A stretch of DNA of 64,000 nucleotides from the NCBI GenBank assembly GCA_034530875.2, contig JAVRCJ020000009.1:160001-224000 (forward strand), in the 5' to 3' direction. The notes below the pieces were generated by a model that was given only the letters and a program-made list of their open reading frames with translations, had not been told where the DNA came from and did not search any database. The first letter of the stretch is position 1; each line of letters begins with the position of its first letter. Below, piece by piece: positions 1 through 12,163 of this stretch. This DNA comes from Nostoc sp. DedSLP01. Lineage in GTDB: Bacteria; Cyanobacteriota; Cyanobacteriia; Cyanobacteriales; Nostocaceae. The translations under genes were made by a program, and so were the position numbers.

Positions 1-279
1 TCTGACGCTATCTTGCAATCTTGAAAATTACGCATTTTCTTCCACCTTGCTAAAGATAACAAAATCAAACGTGGGGATGTAAACCATTACTATTAAAACT
101 TTTAGGTTTACACTAAGTCTTCATCAAGCAAAATGGCAGCTTGTTCTAAACTTTAAAAAGCAACTGGGGACTGGTGACTGGTGACTGGGACTAAGGACTA
201 GAGAATAAGATTAAGGAAAAATATTATTTTCAATTCTAAATACCGAATCTCAAATATCCAATTCCCAATCACTGGCCCC

Positions 280-2322
280 TCATTTTTTCAGGAAAATACC
301 AATGCCATTGTGGACACGAGCAGCTGTACTGGGGAAGCGATCGAGTAGTTGTCCTCCCAAATAAAGGCTGGTAGAACTACCACCATCCAAGTTGAGGGCG
401 TTCACACACCCCATTTGTTGCATGAGTTGGGCATGTTCTGCTAATGTCGGACCATAACCACCAACACGATTATGCACAGCAGTAATCATTAGCTTGCCTG
501 TTGTTGTTGTACAAATACCGCTACGAATAGCTTTTTCTGCAATAAAGGCATTGCTAAATTTTTCAGCTTTGGCATCAAGGACAATTTGACGATTTTGAAT
601 TAATAGCGGCCCTGCTCCAATAATGTGAGGATAACGATTAAAATCAGCAGGAACAGCAGCGCTGGAAATATTAACTGTTGTACCAACAGGTAACTGTGGG
701 GCACTAGCAGTAGCAGTGCCACGTAAAATTAGTAGATAGCCATCCTGGGGAATAGGAATTGTTTGTTCGCCAACTTTGCCGCCTGGTAGTTGATTAGTAA
801 TTTGGTTCTTTTGTACTACCAAAATAATTTCGTTGTCCGTTAGAGGTGTGTAAGTTGTTCCCCACACAGGAGTATAACGGGCAATACCACTCTGAACGTA
901 CCCACTATTAAGAAATAGTATTGGTAAGCGTTGGTTATTTCCAGCATTCAAAGTTTCTTCTAAGGTGAGGCGACCAAAATAAAATTGACCAGAATCATTC
1001 CAGGCGATCGCTCCTCGGTTGAGAATAGGCCCTGATAACCACTGACCATCTCGGCGGATTCCACCCAAAGGCAATTTGTTATTGCGGTTAAAATAACCCC
1101 CATTAATTGCAGCGACAGCTGAGTAGCGTTGTGCTGTCTGCATGATGGGAGCAATGCCTGTAAGTGTATTCGGGGTAACCCAGATAGGTTTCAATGTTAG
1201 TCCAGCTTGGCGGGGATTGAGTTCTAACCAAACCACTGGAAAGCGTTCTTGACCTAAAGAAATATAACGCTGTTGCCAGCGCAAGCCTGGTGCCCAAGTG
1301 ATATTCCGATCTTCTAAGGGATCGGGTCGAATATCTATAATTACGCGATGGGGATTTGCCACAGTACTAACTCGAGGCGATAAGCCAAAGGGAACACTCA
1401 AGCGAATAATGGTTTGGTTGTTTACCACTTCTACTTTTTGGATTAGTGGTTCTGGGGTTAGTACTGGTGGTATAACTGGCGATAATTGTTTAAGTAGAGG
1501 CAGTAATGTTGGAGGAGTTACTGGTAATGGCTGGGGAGTATAGCGTTGTATTAAAACTGGATCGGCTATTGCATCCAGAGTAACTGTCCACTCGCGATTT
1601 GGCGGTGTGGTAGATTTGGGCGGCGGTGTGTCTGGATCGGGAGATGTAGTTGGAATTGCTTTCACAGGCGCTCCTTGTGCAACTTGCCAAGGAGTTGGAT
1701 TATTTAAATCGACAAGAATCCGACTTTGCTGCAAAGGAGTAACACTTGCACCTGGAGGTTGCTGGTCAACAATGTTTGTGAGTTGCGCTTTTGGGGTGAT
1801 AATTACTAAAGTGTTGCCATTAGTTGTGATTTGCCATCCAGATGTTTGAGCAAAATTGGTAATATCGAGATAGCGATATCCGCCTAGTAGCGTAGTGCTC
1901 AAAACTAGCGGCTTGGTTAAGGAGGAAAACCACTGTATTGGTTGCTTATTCCAATCGGTACTGTTTAAAAAATTTACTCCGATTAACTGCCGGAGGGCGC
2001 CATCACTGAGATGAGTGGTGATTTGATTGGCTGTTCCAGGTCGCTGCAACCAGCTTACTGGTAAGGTTCGCCCATTGAGGGAAATTTGATTGCCAACCTT
2101 TGGCGATCGCAATGTTGCTGAAGGAGATGTCGGTGACTGTGAAATCAACCTTGGTATTGGTTTAGCATTTTTTGGCGACTCCTGAGCATTAGCATAGTTA
2201 CTAGCTAAACACAGTGCGATCGCAATTATTGGTGACACAGTAGCGCCTATAAACCTGCTATTTCCACTCAGCGAAATAGCTCTGGGATATTGCTTTTGGC
2301 AACAATTCAGGATTTTTACCAT
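280..2322 (-). CDS. Phosphodiester glycosidase (NAGPA-like) family exported protein
   Basis: C-terminal motifs AAINGGYF, IGAGPLL and ALNLDGGSST; N-terminal signal-like segment and Pro/Thr-rich linker. Confidence 0.85.
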   Translation of the reverse strand: MVKILNCCQKQYPRAISLSGNSRFIGATVSPIIAIALCLASNYANAQESPKNAKPIPRLISQSPTSPSATLRSPKVGNQISLNGRTLPVSWLQRPGTANQITTHLSDGALRQLIGVNFLNSTDWNKQPIQWFSSLTKPLVLSTTLLGGYRYLDITNFAQTSGWQITTNGNTLVIITPKAQLTNIVDQQPPGASVTPLQQSRILVDLNNPTPWQVAQGAPVKAIPTTSPDPDTPPPKSTTPPNREWTVTLDAIADPVLIQRYTPQPLPVTPPTLLPLLKQLSPVIPPVLTPEPLIQKVEVVNNQTIIRLSVPFGLSPRVSTVANPHRVIIDIRPDPLEDRNITWAPGLRWQQRYISLGQERFPVVWLELNPRQAGLTLKPIWVTPNTLTGIAPIMQTAQRYSAVAAINGGYFNRNNKLPLGGIRRDGQWLSGPILNRGAIAWNDSGQFYFGRLTLEETLNAGNNQRLPILFLNSGYVQSGIARYTPVWGTTYTPLTDNEIILVVQKNQITNQLPGGKVGEQTIPIPQDGYLLILRGTATASAPQLPVGTTVNISSAAVPADFNRYPHIIGAGPLLIQNRQIVLDAKAEKFSNAFIAEKAIRSGICTTTTGKLMITAVHNRVGGYGPTLAEHAQLMQQMGCVNALNLDGGSSTSLYLGGQLLDRFPSTAARVHNGIGIFLKK

Positions 2323-3075
2323 AATTTACTAGGTATTTTTCAAAACTCACACCCAAGGTATAAACTAACTAATTATTTGCAAATATAAAAAAGCTGATGT
2401 TTTTTTGCTAAAAAACATGATATTCTGTATATTGGCTTGTTATCTCTATTGAAAATAAACAACCATTGAGTCGCTTCTGCAACTCAAACTTGAGTGTTCC
2501 AACTGGCACTAATACAAACTACACTATACACGGTAGTGTTAGTTATCAAAACTGGATTAAGATATTCAATCCTCACTATTAGTTGCAACCTTTGCTACTT
2601 GAGTGGGGCGTAATTGCTGGTAAAACAGGTGGCAACTGGGAAACAGAAATTTGTGGAAATTGTCAAATGGGTATATATTGTAATACGCTGATTTTATTTC
2701 TAGATCGGGATAGTCTTGATTTGAAAACCTAGTGTAGCGTCCAGTTCAAGTTGTGTTTCAGGCGAGCCAGAATAGGCTCTAAAAATAGCTAGCGTGCATC
2801 TGGAAAAAGGGAATTGAGAAAATACTTAGCTTCAAAATATAGAAAACAAACTGTCAGGGCAACAATAATGTCTTGGCTGAAATAGCTTGTCTCAGACCGC
2901 ATAAATACATAAAAAATACGCAATTATTTTAACACAGGTTAACTAACAAGTAAAACCGAAGTTAAAATTTTTTTTCCCTAAATTTCACTGCTGAAGTATT
3001 TCTGCATCGCTGGATTGCAAAATTTTTCTCATAAGTAATGGCAAAATTGGTAACTCAACAGTTCAGGTACAGGGT

Positions 3076-6000
3076 ATGAATAATAAATCGATGAATCAAG
3101 ACCAAAAAATCACAGCAAATATTGACTCAATAGATACCTGTCAGGGGCAAAGGTGGTTAGTAGAAGAACGGGATGCCTGTGGTGTAGGTTTTATTGCTCA
3201 TCGTCAAAATCATGCCAGCCATGAAGTTGTTGACAAAGCTTTAGCTGCTTTGACTTGCCTAGAACACCGAGGAGGGTGTAGTGCTGACCAAGACTCTGGT
3301 GATGGTGCAGGAGTATTGACGGCAATTCCTTGGGAGTTGTTACAACAGGAGTTTGCCCAAAAAGGGCAGGAATTGCCATCTACTAGCAACAAAGCTGTGG
3401 GAATGATTTTCTTACCACAAGACCAAGAAGCAGCCCAAAAAGCTAGGGCAGTAGTTGAGCAAGTAGCTGCTGAAGAAAAATTGACTGTAGTGGGATGGCG
3501 AGTAGTGCCAGTACAACCCAATTTACTAGGTATACAAGCAAGAGAAAATCAACCCCAGATCGAACAAGTAATCCTTGCTTCTGAAGATAAAAGCGGTGAT
3601 GAACTGGAACGTCAGTTGTATATTACTCGTCGCCGTATTGGAAAAGCTGCATACAACCTCTCAGAAGAATTTTATATCTGCTCTTTGTCCAGCCGAACAA
3701 TTGTCTACAAAGGTATGGTGCGTTCGGCTGTATTGGGCGAGTTTTATCAAGATTTGCAAAATCCAGCTTATACAAGTGCCTTTGCTGTTTATCACCGTCG
3801 CTTTAGTACCAACACGATGCCCAAGTGGCCGCTAGCGCAACCTATGCGGCTTTTGGGTCACAATGGCGAAATCAACACCTTGTTGGGCAACATCAACTGG
3901 ATGATGGCACGAGAAGCTACTCTGAATCATCCAGTGTGGGGCGATCGCATTAAGGAACTCAAGCCATTAGTCCACGTTGACAACAGCGACTCAGCAACTT
4001 TAGATAATGTACTGGAATTGCTGGTGCGTTCTGGACGCAGCCCCTTGGAAGCCTTAATGATTATGGTTCCAGAGGCTTACAAAAATCAGCCTTCTTTAAA
4101 TGAATATCCAGAAATTGTTGATTTCTACGAATACTACAGCGGTCTGCAAGAAGCATGGGATGGTCCGGCACTTTTAGTATTCAGCGATGGCGAAAAAGTA
4201 GGCGCAACACTAGATAGGAATGGATTAAGACCGGCTCGTTACTTAGTTACCGAAGATGATTACATTGTTGTCGCTTCAGAAGCAGGAGTCGTGGACTTTC
4301 CCGAAGCCAAGATTATCGAGAAAGGTAGGCTAGGCCCGGGGCAAATGATTGCTGTGGATTTAGTCAATCATGAAGTGCTGAAGAATTGGGATATCAAGGC
4401 GCGCATCGCCAAGCAGCAACGATATGGAGAATGGCTGCAACAATACCGTCAAGAATTAAAGTCATTGGTCATTAGTCATACGTCATCAACAAATGGCAAC
4501 GGCAAAGGACAAATTACCAACGACCAAGGGCAATTAATTGACAAACAAACTTTACTGCAACTGCAAACCGCCTTTGGTTACACCACAGAAGATGTGGAAA
4601 TGATTATCCAACAAATGGCGATCGCCGGTTCGGAACCGACTTTCTGCATGGGCGATGATATACCTTTGGCCGTATTGTCAGAAAAGCCCCACCTGCTGTA
4701 CGACTATTTCAAACAGCGCTTTGCACAGGTAACCAACCCGGCCATCGATCCCCTACGGGAAAAGCTGGTGATGTCTTTGAAAGTCGAGTTGGGCGAACGC
4801 GGTAACTTGTTAGAAGCAAAGCCAGAATATGCGCGGAGATTGAGGCTTGAGTCGCCGGTGTTGAACGAAACAGAATTAGAGGCGATTAAGCTATCAGGAT
4901 TTGCCACCGCCGAATTATCGACTTTATTTGCTATTACTGACGGCCCAGAAGGATTAAAAGCCGCTGTCGAGGCTTTACAAGCACAAGCGGCTGAATCAGT
5001 AAGGGCAGGAGCAAAGATTTTAATCTTAAGCGATCGGCTAAATCATGGTATCGGCACAGAATACACTTACATTCCTCCCCTGTTAGCAGTGGGTGCAGTG
5101 CATCATCACCTGATTCGGGAAGGGTTGCGCATGAAAACATCCCTGATTGCCGATACTGCTCAATGCTGGAGTACTCATCACTTTGCTTGTCTGATTGGCT
5201 ATGGTGCTGGTGCTGTTTGCCCTTACATGGCTTTAGACACAGTACGCGATTGGTGGTCTGATGCCAAAACTCAAAAATTAATGTTTGAGGTGAAAAAAAT
5301 TCCCGCCCTGACTCTAGAGCAAGCTTTAGCAAACTATCGTAAAGCTGTAGAGTCGGGTTTGCTGAAAATCCTCTCCAAAATGGGAATTTCTTTGCTCTCC
5401 AGCTATCAAGCAGCCCAAATTTTTGAAGCCATTGGCATCGGTAAGGATTTAATCGAGTTGGGATTTCGTGGGACTACTTCCCGCATCGGTGGTTTGAGTG
5501 TCAGCGAACTCGCAGATGAAGTACTTTCCTTCCATAGCAAAGCTTTCCCCGAACTGACAAACAAGAAATTAGAAAACTTGGGTTTTGTACAGTACCGTCC
5601 TAACGGCGAGTACCACATGAATAGCCCGGAAATGGTGAAGGCGCTGCATAAAGCTCTAGATGGCAACAACTACGACCACTACGAAGTTTACAAAAAACAC
5701 CTCCAAGGCAGACCATTAACGGCTTTACGCGACTTACTTGACTTCCAAGGCGATCGCTCGCCCATATCTATTGACGAAGTAGAGTCTGTAAGTGAAATCG
5801 TCCAACGCTTCTGTACTGGTGGCATGTCTTTAGGCGCTCTGTCAAGAGAAGCCCATGAAACTTTAGCGATCGCCATGAATCGCATTGGCGGTAAATCCAA
5901 CTCTGGGGAAGGCGGCGAAGACCCAGTGCGCTATACAATCCTGAATGATGTAGATGAATCGGGACACTCACCAACCCTGCCTCATTTAAAAGGATTGCGA

Positions 6001-7761
6001 AATGGCGATCGCGCTTATAGTGCCATCAAGCAAGTTGCATCGGGACGCTTTGGTGTGACGCCAGAGTATCTAGTCAACGCCAAGCAAATTGAAATCAAAA
6101 TTGCCCAAGGTGCCAAGCCTGGGGAAGGCGGACAACTACCAGGGCCGAAAGTCAGCGAATACATTGCCATGTTAAGACGCTCTAAGCCTGGTGTAACGCT
6201 GATTTCGCCACCACCCCACCACGATATTTACTCCATTGAAGACTTAGCCCAGCTAATTTTTGACCTGCACCAAATTAATCCCAAAGCAAAAGTATCGGTG
6301 AAACTAGTTGCAGAAGTCGGTATTGGCACGATCGCTGCTGGTGTAGCCAAGGCAAATGCTGATATTATCCAAATTTCCGGCCATGATGGTGGTACTGGTG
6401 CATCGCCATTGAGTTCCATTAAACATGCAGGTTCGCCTTGGGAACTGGGTTTAAGTGAAGTGCATCGCGTTTTGATGGAAAATAGCTTGCGCGATCGCGT
6501 GATTTTACGCGTTGATGGCGGCCTTAAGAGTGGCTGGGATGTAGTTATAGGTGCATTGATGGGTGCTGAAGAATTCGGCTTTGGCTCCATTGCCATGATT
6601 GCCGAAGGCTGCATTATGGCGCGTATCTGCCACACAAATAACTGTCCTGTGGGCGTTGCTTCCCAAAAAGAAGAACTCCGCAAGCGGTTTACAGGCATAC
6701 CAGAACAAGTTGTCAACTTCTTCTACTTCATCGCCCAAGAAGTGCGGAGTTTGTTAGCAAGACTTGGCTATCGTTCTTTGTCAGAAATCATCGGACGTGC
6801 AGATTTGTTGACAGTGCGACCGGATGTACAACTTACCAAAACGCGATCGCTAAATCTCAACTGTTTACTTCAGCTACCAGATAGCAAAGAAAATCGCCGC
6901 TGGTTACTGCATGAAGAAGTCCACAGCAATGGTGCGGTTTTGGATGACCAATTGCTTGCCGATCCCGATATTAAAGCTGCTATCAAAAACCAATCTGCTG
7001 TTACCAAAACCTTGCCCATAGTCAATACTGACCGAACAGTGGGTACAAGATTAGCAGGAGCGATCGCTTCCCAGTACGGTGATAGTGGTTTTGAAGGACA
7101 AATTCATCTCAACTTTACAGGTAGTGTTGGGCAAAGCTTTGGCGCCTTCAACCTGCCAGGCATTATTCTGACCCTAGAAGGTGAGGCAAACGACTATGTA
7201 GGCAAAGGAATGCACGGTGGTGAAATAATCATCAAACCTCCATCTGCTGCCACTTATAACTCATCGCAAAACGTCATAGTCGGTAATACTTGCCTGTATG
7301 GCGCTACTGGTGGCATATTATTTGCCAACGGTTTAGCAGGAGAACGCTTTGCTGTCAGAAACTCCAAAGGCGTAGCAGTGATTGAAGGTGCTGGGGATCA
7401 TTGCTGCGAGTACATGACTGGTGGTGTAATTGTCGTTCTTGGTAAAGTCGGACGTAACGTCGCTGCTGGAATGACCGGTGGACTGGCATACTTTTTAGAT
7501 GAAGACGGTTCATTCCCTGAATTAGTCAACCCAGAAATTGTCAAGATGCAGCGAGTAATTTCCCAAGTTGGTGCAAAGCAATTGCAAGAGTTAATCAAAA
7601 CTCATGCAGAACGTACCGGTTCACCAAAGGCGAAGAAAATTTTGCAAAACTGGCAAGAATTTTTGCCGAAATTCTGGCAGTTGGTTCCACCTTCTGAAGC
7701 TGATAGTCCAGAGGCTAATCCAGAAAAAACAGCTGAGTTCAGTTTAGTAACTAGCCATTAA
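3076..7761 (+). CDS. glsF: Ferredoxin-dependent glutamate synthase (Fd-GOGAT)
   Basis: 1561 aa; ERDACGVGF Ntn-amidotransferase start, [39 protein letters not shown]e-S motif, C-terminal beta-helix; no gltD small subunit downstream. Confidence 0.97.
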   Translation: MNNKSMNQDQKITANIDSIDTCQGQRWLVEERDACGVGFIAHRQNHASHEVVDKALAALTCLEHRGGCSADQDSGDGAGVLTAIPWELLQQEFAQKGQELPSTSNKAVGMIFLPQDQEAAQKARAVVEQVAAEEKLTVVGWRVVPVQPNLLGIQARENQPQIEQVILASEDKSGDELERQLYITRRRIGKAAYNLSEEFYICSLSSRTIVYKGMVRSAVLGEFYQDLQNPAYTSAFAVYHRRFSTNTMPKWPLAQPMRLLGHNGEINTLLGNINWMMAREATLNHPVWGDRIKELKPLVHVDNSDSATLDNVLELLVRSGRSPLEALMIMVPEAYKNQPSLNEYPEIVDFYEYYSGLQEAWDGPALLVFSDGEKVGATLDRNGLRPARYLVTEDDYIVVASEAGVVDFPEAKIIEKGRLGPGQMIAVDLVNHEVLKNWDIKARIAKQQRYGEWLQQYRQELKSLVISHTSSTNGNGKGQITNDQGQLIDKQTLLQLQTAFGYTTEDVEMIIQQMAIAGSEPTFCMGDDIPLAVLSEKPHLLYDYFKQRFAQVTNPAIDPLREKLVMSLKVELGERGNLLEAKPEYARRLRLESPVLNETELEAIKLSGFATAELSTLFAITDGPEGLKAAVEALQAQAAESVRAGAKILILSDRLNHGIGTEYTYIPPLLAVGAVHHHLIREGLRMKTSLIADTAQCWSTHHFACLIGYGAGAVCPYMALDTVRDWWSDAKTQKLMFEVKKIPALTLEQALANYRKAVESGLLKILSKMGISLLSSYQAAQIFEAIGIGKDLIELGFRGTTSRIGGLSVSELADEVLSFHSKAFPELTNKKLENLGFVQYRPNGEYHMNSPEMVKALHKALDGNNYDHYEVYKKHLQGRPLTALRDLLDFQGDRSPISIDEVESVSEIVQRFCTGGMSLGALSREAHETLAIAMNRIGGKSNSGEGGEDPVRYTILNDVDESGHSPTLPHLKGLRNGDRAYSAIKQVASGRFGVTPEYLVNAKQIEIKIAQGAKPGEGGQLPGPKVSEYIAMLRRSKPGVTLISPPPHHDIYSIEDLAQLIFDLHQINPKAKVSVKLVAEVGIGTIAAGVAKANADIIQISGHDGGTGASPLSSIKHAGSPWELGLSEVHRVLMENSLRDRVILRVDGGLKSGWDVVIGALMGAEEFGFGSIAMIAEGCIMARICHTNNCPVGVASQKEELRKRFTGIPEQVVNFFYFIAQEVRSLLARLGYRSLSEIIGRADLLTVRPDVQLTKTRSLNLNCLLQLPDSKENRRWLLHEEVHSNGAVLDDQLLADPDIKAAIKNQSAVTKTLPIVNTDRTVGTRLAGAIASQYGDSGFEGQIHLNFTGSVGQSFGAFNLPGIILTLEGEANDYVGKGMHGGEIIIKPPSAATYNSSQNVIVGNTCLYGATGGILFANGLAGERFAVRNSKGVAVIEGAGDHCCEYMTGGVIVVLGKVGRNVAAGMTGGLAYFLDEDGSFPELVNPEIVKMQRVISQVGAKQLQELIKTHAERTGSPKAKKILQNWQEFLPKFWQLVPPSEADSPEANPEKTAEFSLVTSH

Positions 7762-7768
7762 TAAATCA

Positions 7769-7799
7769 GATCCCTGACTTTTTTGAAAAGCCGGGGATC
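7769..7799. repeat. Short palindromic element GATCCCTGACTT...AAGCCGGGGATC
   Basis: Imperfect inverted repeat just after the glsF stop. Confidence 0.55.
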
Positions 7800-7842
7800 G
7801 GTGGCTAATAATTTTGAAAAAATCAAAAATTATGTAGTATTT

Positions 7843-7888
7843 TAGTTGTTAGCTCCATAAATTAACTTATGGGCTGACGACTATTTTT
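7843..7888 (+). terminator. Probable intrinsic terminator between convergent glsF and the deacetylase gene
   Basis: Hairpin TAGTTGTTAGCTCCATAA / TTATGGGCTGACGACTA followed by a T-tract. Confidence 0.6.
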
Positions 7889-7933
7889 ATTTGTATTATT
7901 TTGACTTTTGGGTGATTAGAAGATTAATAATTA

Positions 7934-8842
7934 TCACTTTTTGTTAGCAGCCAATTTTATCTCTGTATTTTCCATTTCTAGAAGTTCTGGAACGGTAACA
8001 AAGCGATAGCCTTGCTTTCTAAAATTACTAATAATTTCTGGTAAAGCTTGCACAGTTTTGGAACGGTTGCCACCACCATCATGCATTAGCACAATACCAC
8101 CAGGTTTGGAATCTTTAATTACATTATTAATTAACTTTGGAACAGCTGGCTGTTTGTAGTCTATCGAGTCAGCTGACCACATCACTATAGTATATTTTTG
8201 CCCTTTAGCATAAGCAACTAATCCGTTGTGCATCATACCACCAGGGGGACGGAATAGAGTTGTTTTAACACCTGTAACTTGATAAATTAAGTCTGTTGTC
8301 CGGTCGATTTCAAAGGCAGCTGCTTGTTGATTAAAGAAGTGATACCAGTGATGCCAAGTATGGTTGGCAATGACGTGACCTTGGGCGACAATTTCCTTTC
8401 CTAATTCTGGATAATTTTTCAGGTTCTGCCCAACAACAAAAAATGTCGCTTTAATATTATTTGATTTTAATATATCTAGTACTTGCTTTGTGCTTTCAGG
8501 CCAAGGACCATCATCAAAAGTAAGAGCGATAGTTTTCTCTTGTTGAATCTGTTTTGCCTCTTTAACTATTGTCCCTTGATAGCGTGATGGCGCAGGATAA
8601 GAAAAGCCTTTTACTTGTGCTTGTTGTTGCCAACTCATCAGCATTGCTCCCCTAAATTTCTCGAGCCGTTGCTGAGTTCCTGTGTTTGCAGTTACATTCT
8701 TAACATCGATATTCGCCCTAATCTGAGCTTCAGAAGTATTTGGTCTTAGAAGCATCATCAAACCAACACTAAAAACACCACCCAAAGCAATCAGCCCAAT
8801 TAATATTCCTTCTGGCCAGAGAATTGGCTTATTATTTTCCAC
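7934..8842 (-). CDS. Polysaccharide/peptidoglycan deacetylase (NodB/CE4), membrane anchored
   Basis: ALTFDDGP, NHTWHH, FRPPGG and VLMHDGG motifs; N-terminal TM. Start moved from 9025 to GTG 8842, which is preceded by AGGAG. Confidence 0.9.
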   Translation of the reverse strand: MENNKPILWPEGILIGLIALGGVFSVGLMMLLRPNTSEAQIRANIDVKNVTANTGTQQRLEKFRGAMLMSWQQQAQVKGFSYPAPSRYQGTIVKEAKQIQQEKTIALTFDDGPWPESTKQVLDILKSNNIKATFFVVGQNLKNYPELGKEIVAQGHVIANHTWHHWYHFFNQQAAAFEIDRTTDLIYQVTGVKTTLFRPPGGMMHNGLVAYAKGQKYTIVMWSADSIDYKQPAVPKLINNVIKDSKPGGIVLMHDGGGNRSKTVQALPEIISNFRKQGYRFVTVPELLEMENTEIKLAANKK

Positions 8843-10182
8843 CTTAAAGCTCCTTGGACGTATCGCACTATCACCCACACTTATGACAGTACGTTTTAGC
8901 ACATAATTTTTTGTATAATTCTGAAAATTGGAATCGAGAAGAGAGATTTTACAGCTTTGGCTGAAAAGTAGATCCTCTAAATTTGAGCGATCGCTGTTTG
9001 ATTTCAACTGGCTTATAAATAGCAAAGTCTACACTTCTAGTTTCTGACTACTAGCTCAGAGAAAGAACATAATCGGATAATTAACCACACCTCCAAATCC
9101 TCTGGATAAGAGTTTTCAATTAACTGCTAGCTAACTAAAACAGTATTATATTTTGAGATTAGATACCTTGATAAATAGGCAAGCTTAGTCAAGCTGCTAA
9201 GTATAAAAATTGTATTTATCCCAAGCTAAACTTTTGATATAAAATTTATATATCGATAGCTTAGTGAATTATTTAATTCATCTACAAAACTACGTCACAA
9301 GAGGCAAAATTTTTTGCAAATCAGAGTCAAATAAATTTTTTGTATAAAAAGGATAAAATATATTCTACTATTGAATGCCATTGCTTCCTTTTTAAGAAAA
9401 AATTAAATTTTTGACTGAGAGAATTTTGCTTAGTAATTTCTATCAAATAAAAAGACGGAAATTAATACAATATAGTTTCTCATTGCTAAGAGGTAGTTAG
9501 TCGTTAACCTAGATACTTTTTGCTAAAAGAGCAAAAATAATTGTATTGGCAGATTAACTTAACTTTTCATAGTGGGTATTTAGTCAAAATTGCTACTGTT
9601 TTTTATGTGCTTATGCTCTTGTTGACGGCTAAATAGATTTATACATTATTAATATTACAATTTTATATGCCTTGTTACCGTATAATTACGTAACTTAATC
9701 GCATTTTTCTCAACAATTTGTTAAAATCTTAATAGTTTGTCACAGAACTATTAAAATATTAGAAATTTTATTATAAGCAAATGTTTTTTAGCTAACTACA
9801 CGGAACTTAACTAAATTAATTTTTTACTATTTACAGACAAAACCGACCCGCTATATGGCTTTACAGTCGGCAAGAACTTTTTTTAGCAAGAGGAAACCAA
9901 ACTGAAAATTATCTAGTTAAGTTGCCTTATAATTGCAACAATTAGAATTACGATCGTGAACGATCTATCTAGGAATCGTAATCATCAGTTTATGTTCGCT
10001 GAGGCAGGTCATAGTTTATTTTGGGAATTTTTACATGGCTTTGTGTAGATGTAAAAACTGTATTATTTAATCTATGTATAAGTTTAGTTTAGTGAAAAAC
10101 TCAGCTTCCTTAAACAATATACCTTTGGAGTCACAATAATCAAGGTATTTGTCCCACTTTATTGAACTGGCTAGAAATTTTT

Positions 10183-10755
10183 ATGATTCCTCACGAAAGT
10201 GATGTAGAGCAAGATCGTGCCTCGTCAAAAGTATTGCGTAGTTGGCAAGAAAATCTGATTTTAGTGGCGATCGCTTTATGCTTGGCGCTGCTAATTCGGA
10301 CTTTTATTGCCGAGCCTCGTTACATACCTTCGGATTCGATGTTACCCACGTTACATACAGGCGATCGCTTGGTAGTTGAAAAGATCTCCTATCATTTTCA
10401 CCCACCGATTACTGGAGATATTATTGTTTTTCAGCCACCTGCGGAACTACAACGTCGGGGATATCCCCAAGATCAAGCTTTCATCAAGCGAGTGATTGGT
10501 CAACCTGGTGAAGTTATTAGTGTTGCTCATGGCAAAGTCTATCTCAACGGTCAACCTCTAGCAGAACATTACATCGCTGAACCAGCAAATCAGCCATTTC
10601 AACCAGTGAAAGTTCCAGAAGACCAATTTTTTGTCATGGGAGATAACCGCAACGACAGTAACGACTCTCGTTATTGGGGTTTTTTACCCAGAAAGAATAT
10701 CATCGGTAGGGCAACATTTCGCTTTTGGCCTCTCGATCGCATCGGTTTTATCTAA
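10183..10755 (+). CDS. lepB: Signal peptidase I
   Basis: IPSDSMLPTL (Ser), FIKRVIG (Lys), MGDNRNDSNDSRYWG; ATG 10183 preferred over TTG 10162. Confidence 0.93.
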   Translation: MIPHESDVEQDRASSKVLRSWQENLILVAIALCLALLIRTFIAEPRYIPSDSMLPTLHTGDRLVVEKISYHFHPPITGDIIVFQPPAELQRRGYPQDQAFIKRVIGQPGEVISVAHGKVYLNGQPLAEHYIAEPANQPFQPVKVPEDQFFVMGDNRNDSNDSRYWGFLPRKNIIGRATFRFWPLDRIGFI

Positions 10756-10798
10756 TTAGTGATGTAGTCAGTTGTTTATTTTTTGCAACTGACTACTG

Positions 10799-10955
10799 TT
10801 AACGAAGGCAGGAGGCAGAGGGCAGGATAGCGCAGCTAAGCCGTGTCCGCGAGCGTCGGCAAGAGGCGGTTTTTGTAACGAGGATTATATACTCCGTTCC
10901 AAAAACTTTTCGCCTTAGAAGGCTAGGTTTTAGACCCGATTGTTACGATAAAATT
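10799..10955 (+). repeat. Dispersed ~120-155 bp repeat family A, copy 1 (carries an extra internal insert)
   Basis: Colinear with the reverse complement of 61325-61440: TTAACGAAGGCAGGAGGCAG, GTTTTTGT.ACGAGGATT, CCGTTCCAAAAACTTT, GGTTTTAGACCCGATTGTT. Confidence 0.85.
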
Positions 10956-10972
10956 AACTAATAAATAATCTA

Positions 10973-11506
10973 TTAAAAACGCAGAAAATACATGAGCTGA
11001 GCGATCGCATCACCGGGTAGTTCTAATCGCCGTTGAAAATCAGCTAGGTTATGAAAAGGACCGGCAGATTGGCGATTTTGCACTACAGCTTGTGCTAAAG
11101 ACAAATCTATAAATGGAATTTGCGCTAAACTTTCGACGGTTGCTGTGTTCGGATTAACTAAATTTACTGGATAGTCTAAAGATTCGCGATCGTAATAACT
11201 AAAATTTAATAGAGGTTTTAATGGTTCGAGTCGCGGTGCTGGCATACCCAAAGCCGCAGCGATATCTTCAATACAGTAAAATTTCACACCAGAACGTGAA
11301 AGTTCCACAAGCGATCGCGCTTGGTGAATTGACAAACCTGGTAGGCGTAACCAATCATCTACAGTTGCTTGATTAGCATCAATGCGGATGCCTAACTTTG
11401 CCGCGATCTGAATTTCTTCCCCAGATTGCAAGCGATAGTAGGGATCGTTGAGCAGCTTGGTGCGGAGTTTTTGCAGCTTCGAGTTGAAAGGTAGCCAATT
11501 GTTCAT
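10973..11506 (-). CDS. Helix-hairpin-helix (ComEA-like) DNA-binding protein
   Basis: Two HhH modules (IDANQATVDDWLRLPGLS; VNPNTATVESLAQIPFID); ATG 11506 chosen. Confidence 0.8.
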   Translation of the reverse strand: MNNWLPFNSKLQKLRTKLLNDPYYRLQSGEEIQIAAKLGIRIDANQATVDDWLRLPGLSIHQARSLVELSRSGVKFYCIEDIAAALGMPAPRLEPLKPLLNFSYYDRESLDYPVNLVNPNTATVESLAQIPFIDLSLAQAVVQNRQSAGPFHNLADFQRRLELPGDAIAQLMYFLRF

Positions 11507-11520
11507 GATTGTCGCTAATT

Positions 11521-11892
11521 TCAAGAAATTTGGTCTAGCAGCTGGCGGCGTTTTTGCTCGAATTCATATTCTGAAATTAGTCCATCTTGGCGTAGAGCAT
11601 CTAGTTCCCGCAAAGCATCAGCAACTGCACCCACTTGATTGCTGGCTTGGTAGGAATTTCTAGCCGCTTTGCCTAGATTAAAATTGCGATCGAAAGCTTC
11701 TTCATCTTGGGCTAAATACCAAACTCCCTCAATCGCACTAGCTACTTTGGGGATAGGCGTCCAAGAGAGCAAAACGTACAAAATACCCCACAGATGCTGT
11801 CCCAGATAAAATTTATGTAATCCGGAAATTGTCAACGTGCCAGAAAAAGCTAGAACAGCAGCAACACTTCGGCTTTTGCGCTTAGTTAACAT
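11521..11892 (-). CDS. TM2/NINE domain membrane protein with C-terminal SHOCT domain
   Basis: KSRSVAAVLA..GLHKFYLG (TM2) and LRELDALRQDGLISEYEFEQKRRQLL (SHOCT). Confidence 0.85.
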   Translation of the reverse strand: MLTKRKSRSVAAVLAFSGTLTISGLHKFYLGQHLWGILYVLLSWTPIPKVASAIEGVWYLAQDEEAFDRNFNLGKAARNSYQASNQVGAVADALRELDALRQDGLISEYEFEQKRRQLLDQIS

Positions 11893-12163
11893 ATTCTTAA
11901 AAAATATACCAGTACCACGGTTCCTACAATAAAACAGCGATCGGGAAGTTAAAATTTAAAATCAACAAATATAATAGTGGCAACCATCCTGACTATATTG
12001 CTAAATTTTTACTTAAATATTGCTCATATAATTTTATTTTAGTCAACTACTCTACCTTGCTTTTGTCAGTTTTGGGTGTAAAGTCCGCGATTCGGTGTTT
12101 GGAAATAAACATCGATTGAGCTTTGATACTAATTTTAAATTTTTAAGGGATCGGATTATTGCG

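Noticed and set aside
2323..3075. Possible riboswitch or NtcA site in the long glsF upstream region
   Set aside because: Only short hairpins; no canonical GTA-N8-TAC and no aptamer consensus I could recognise. A cmscan against Rfam would settle it.
9026..10161. Long AT-rich intergenic regions (also 54170-54780 and 61440-62140)
   Set aside because: No ORF, repeat periodicity or RNA motif could be supported.
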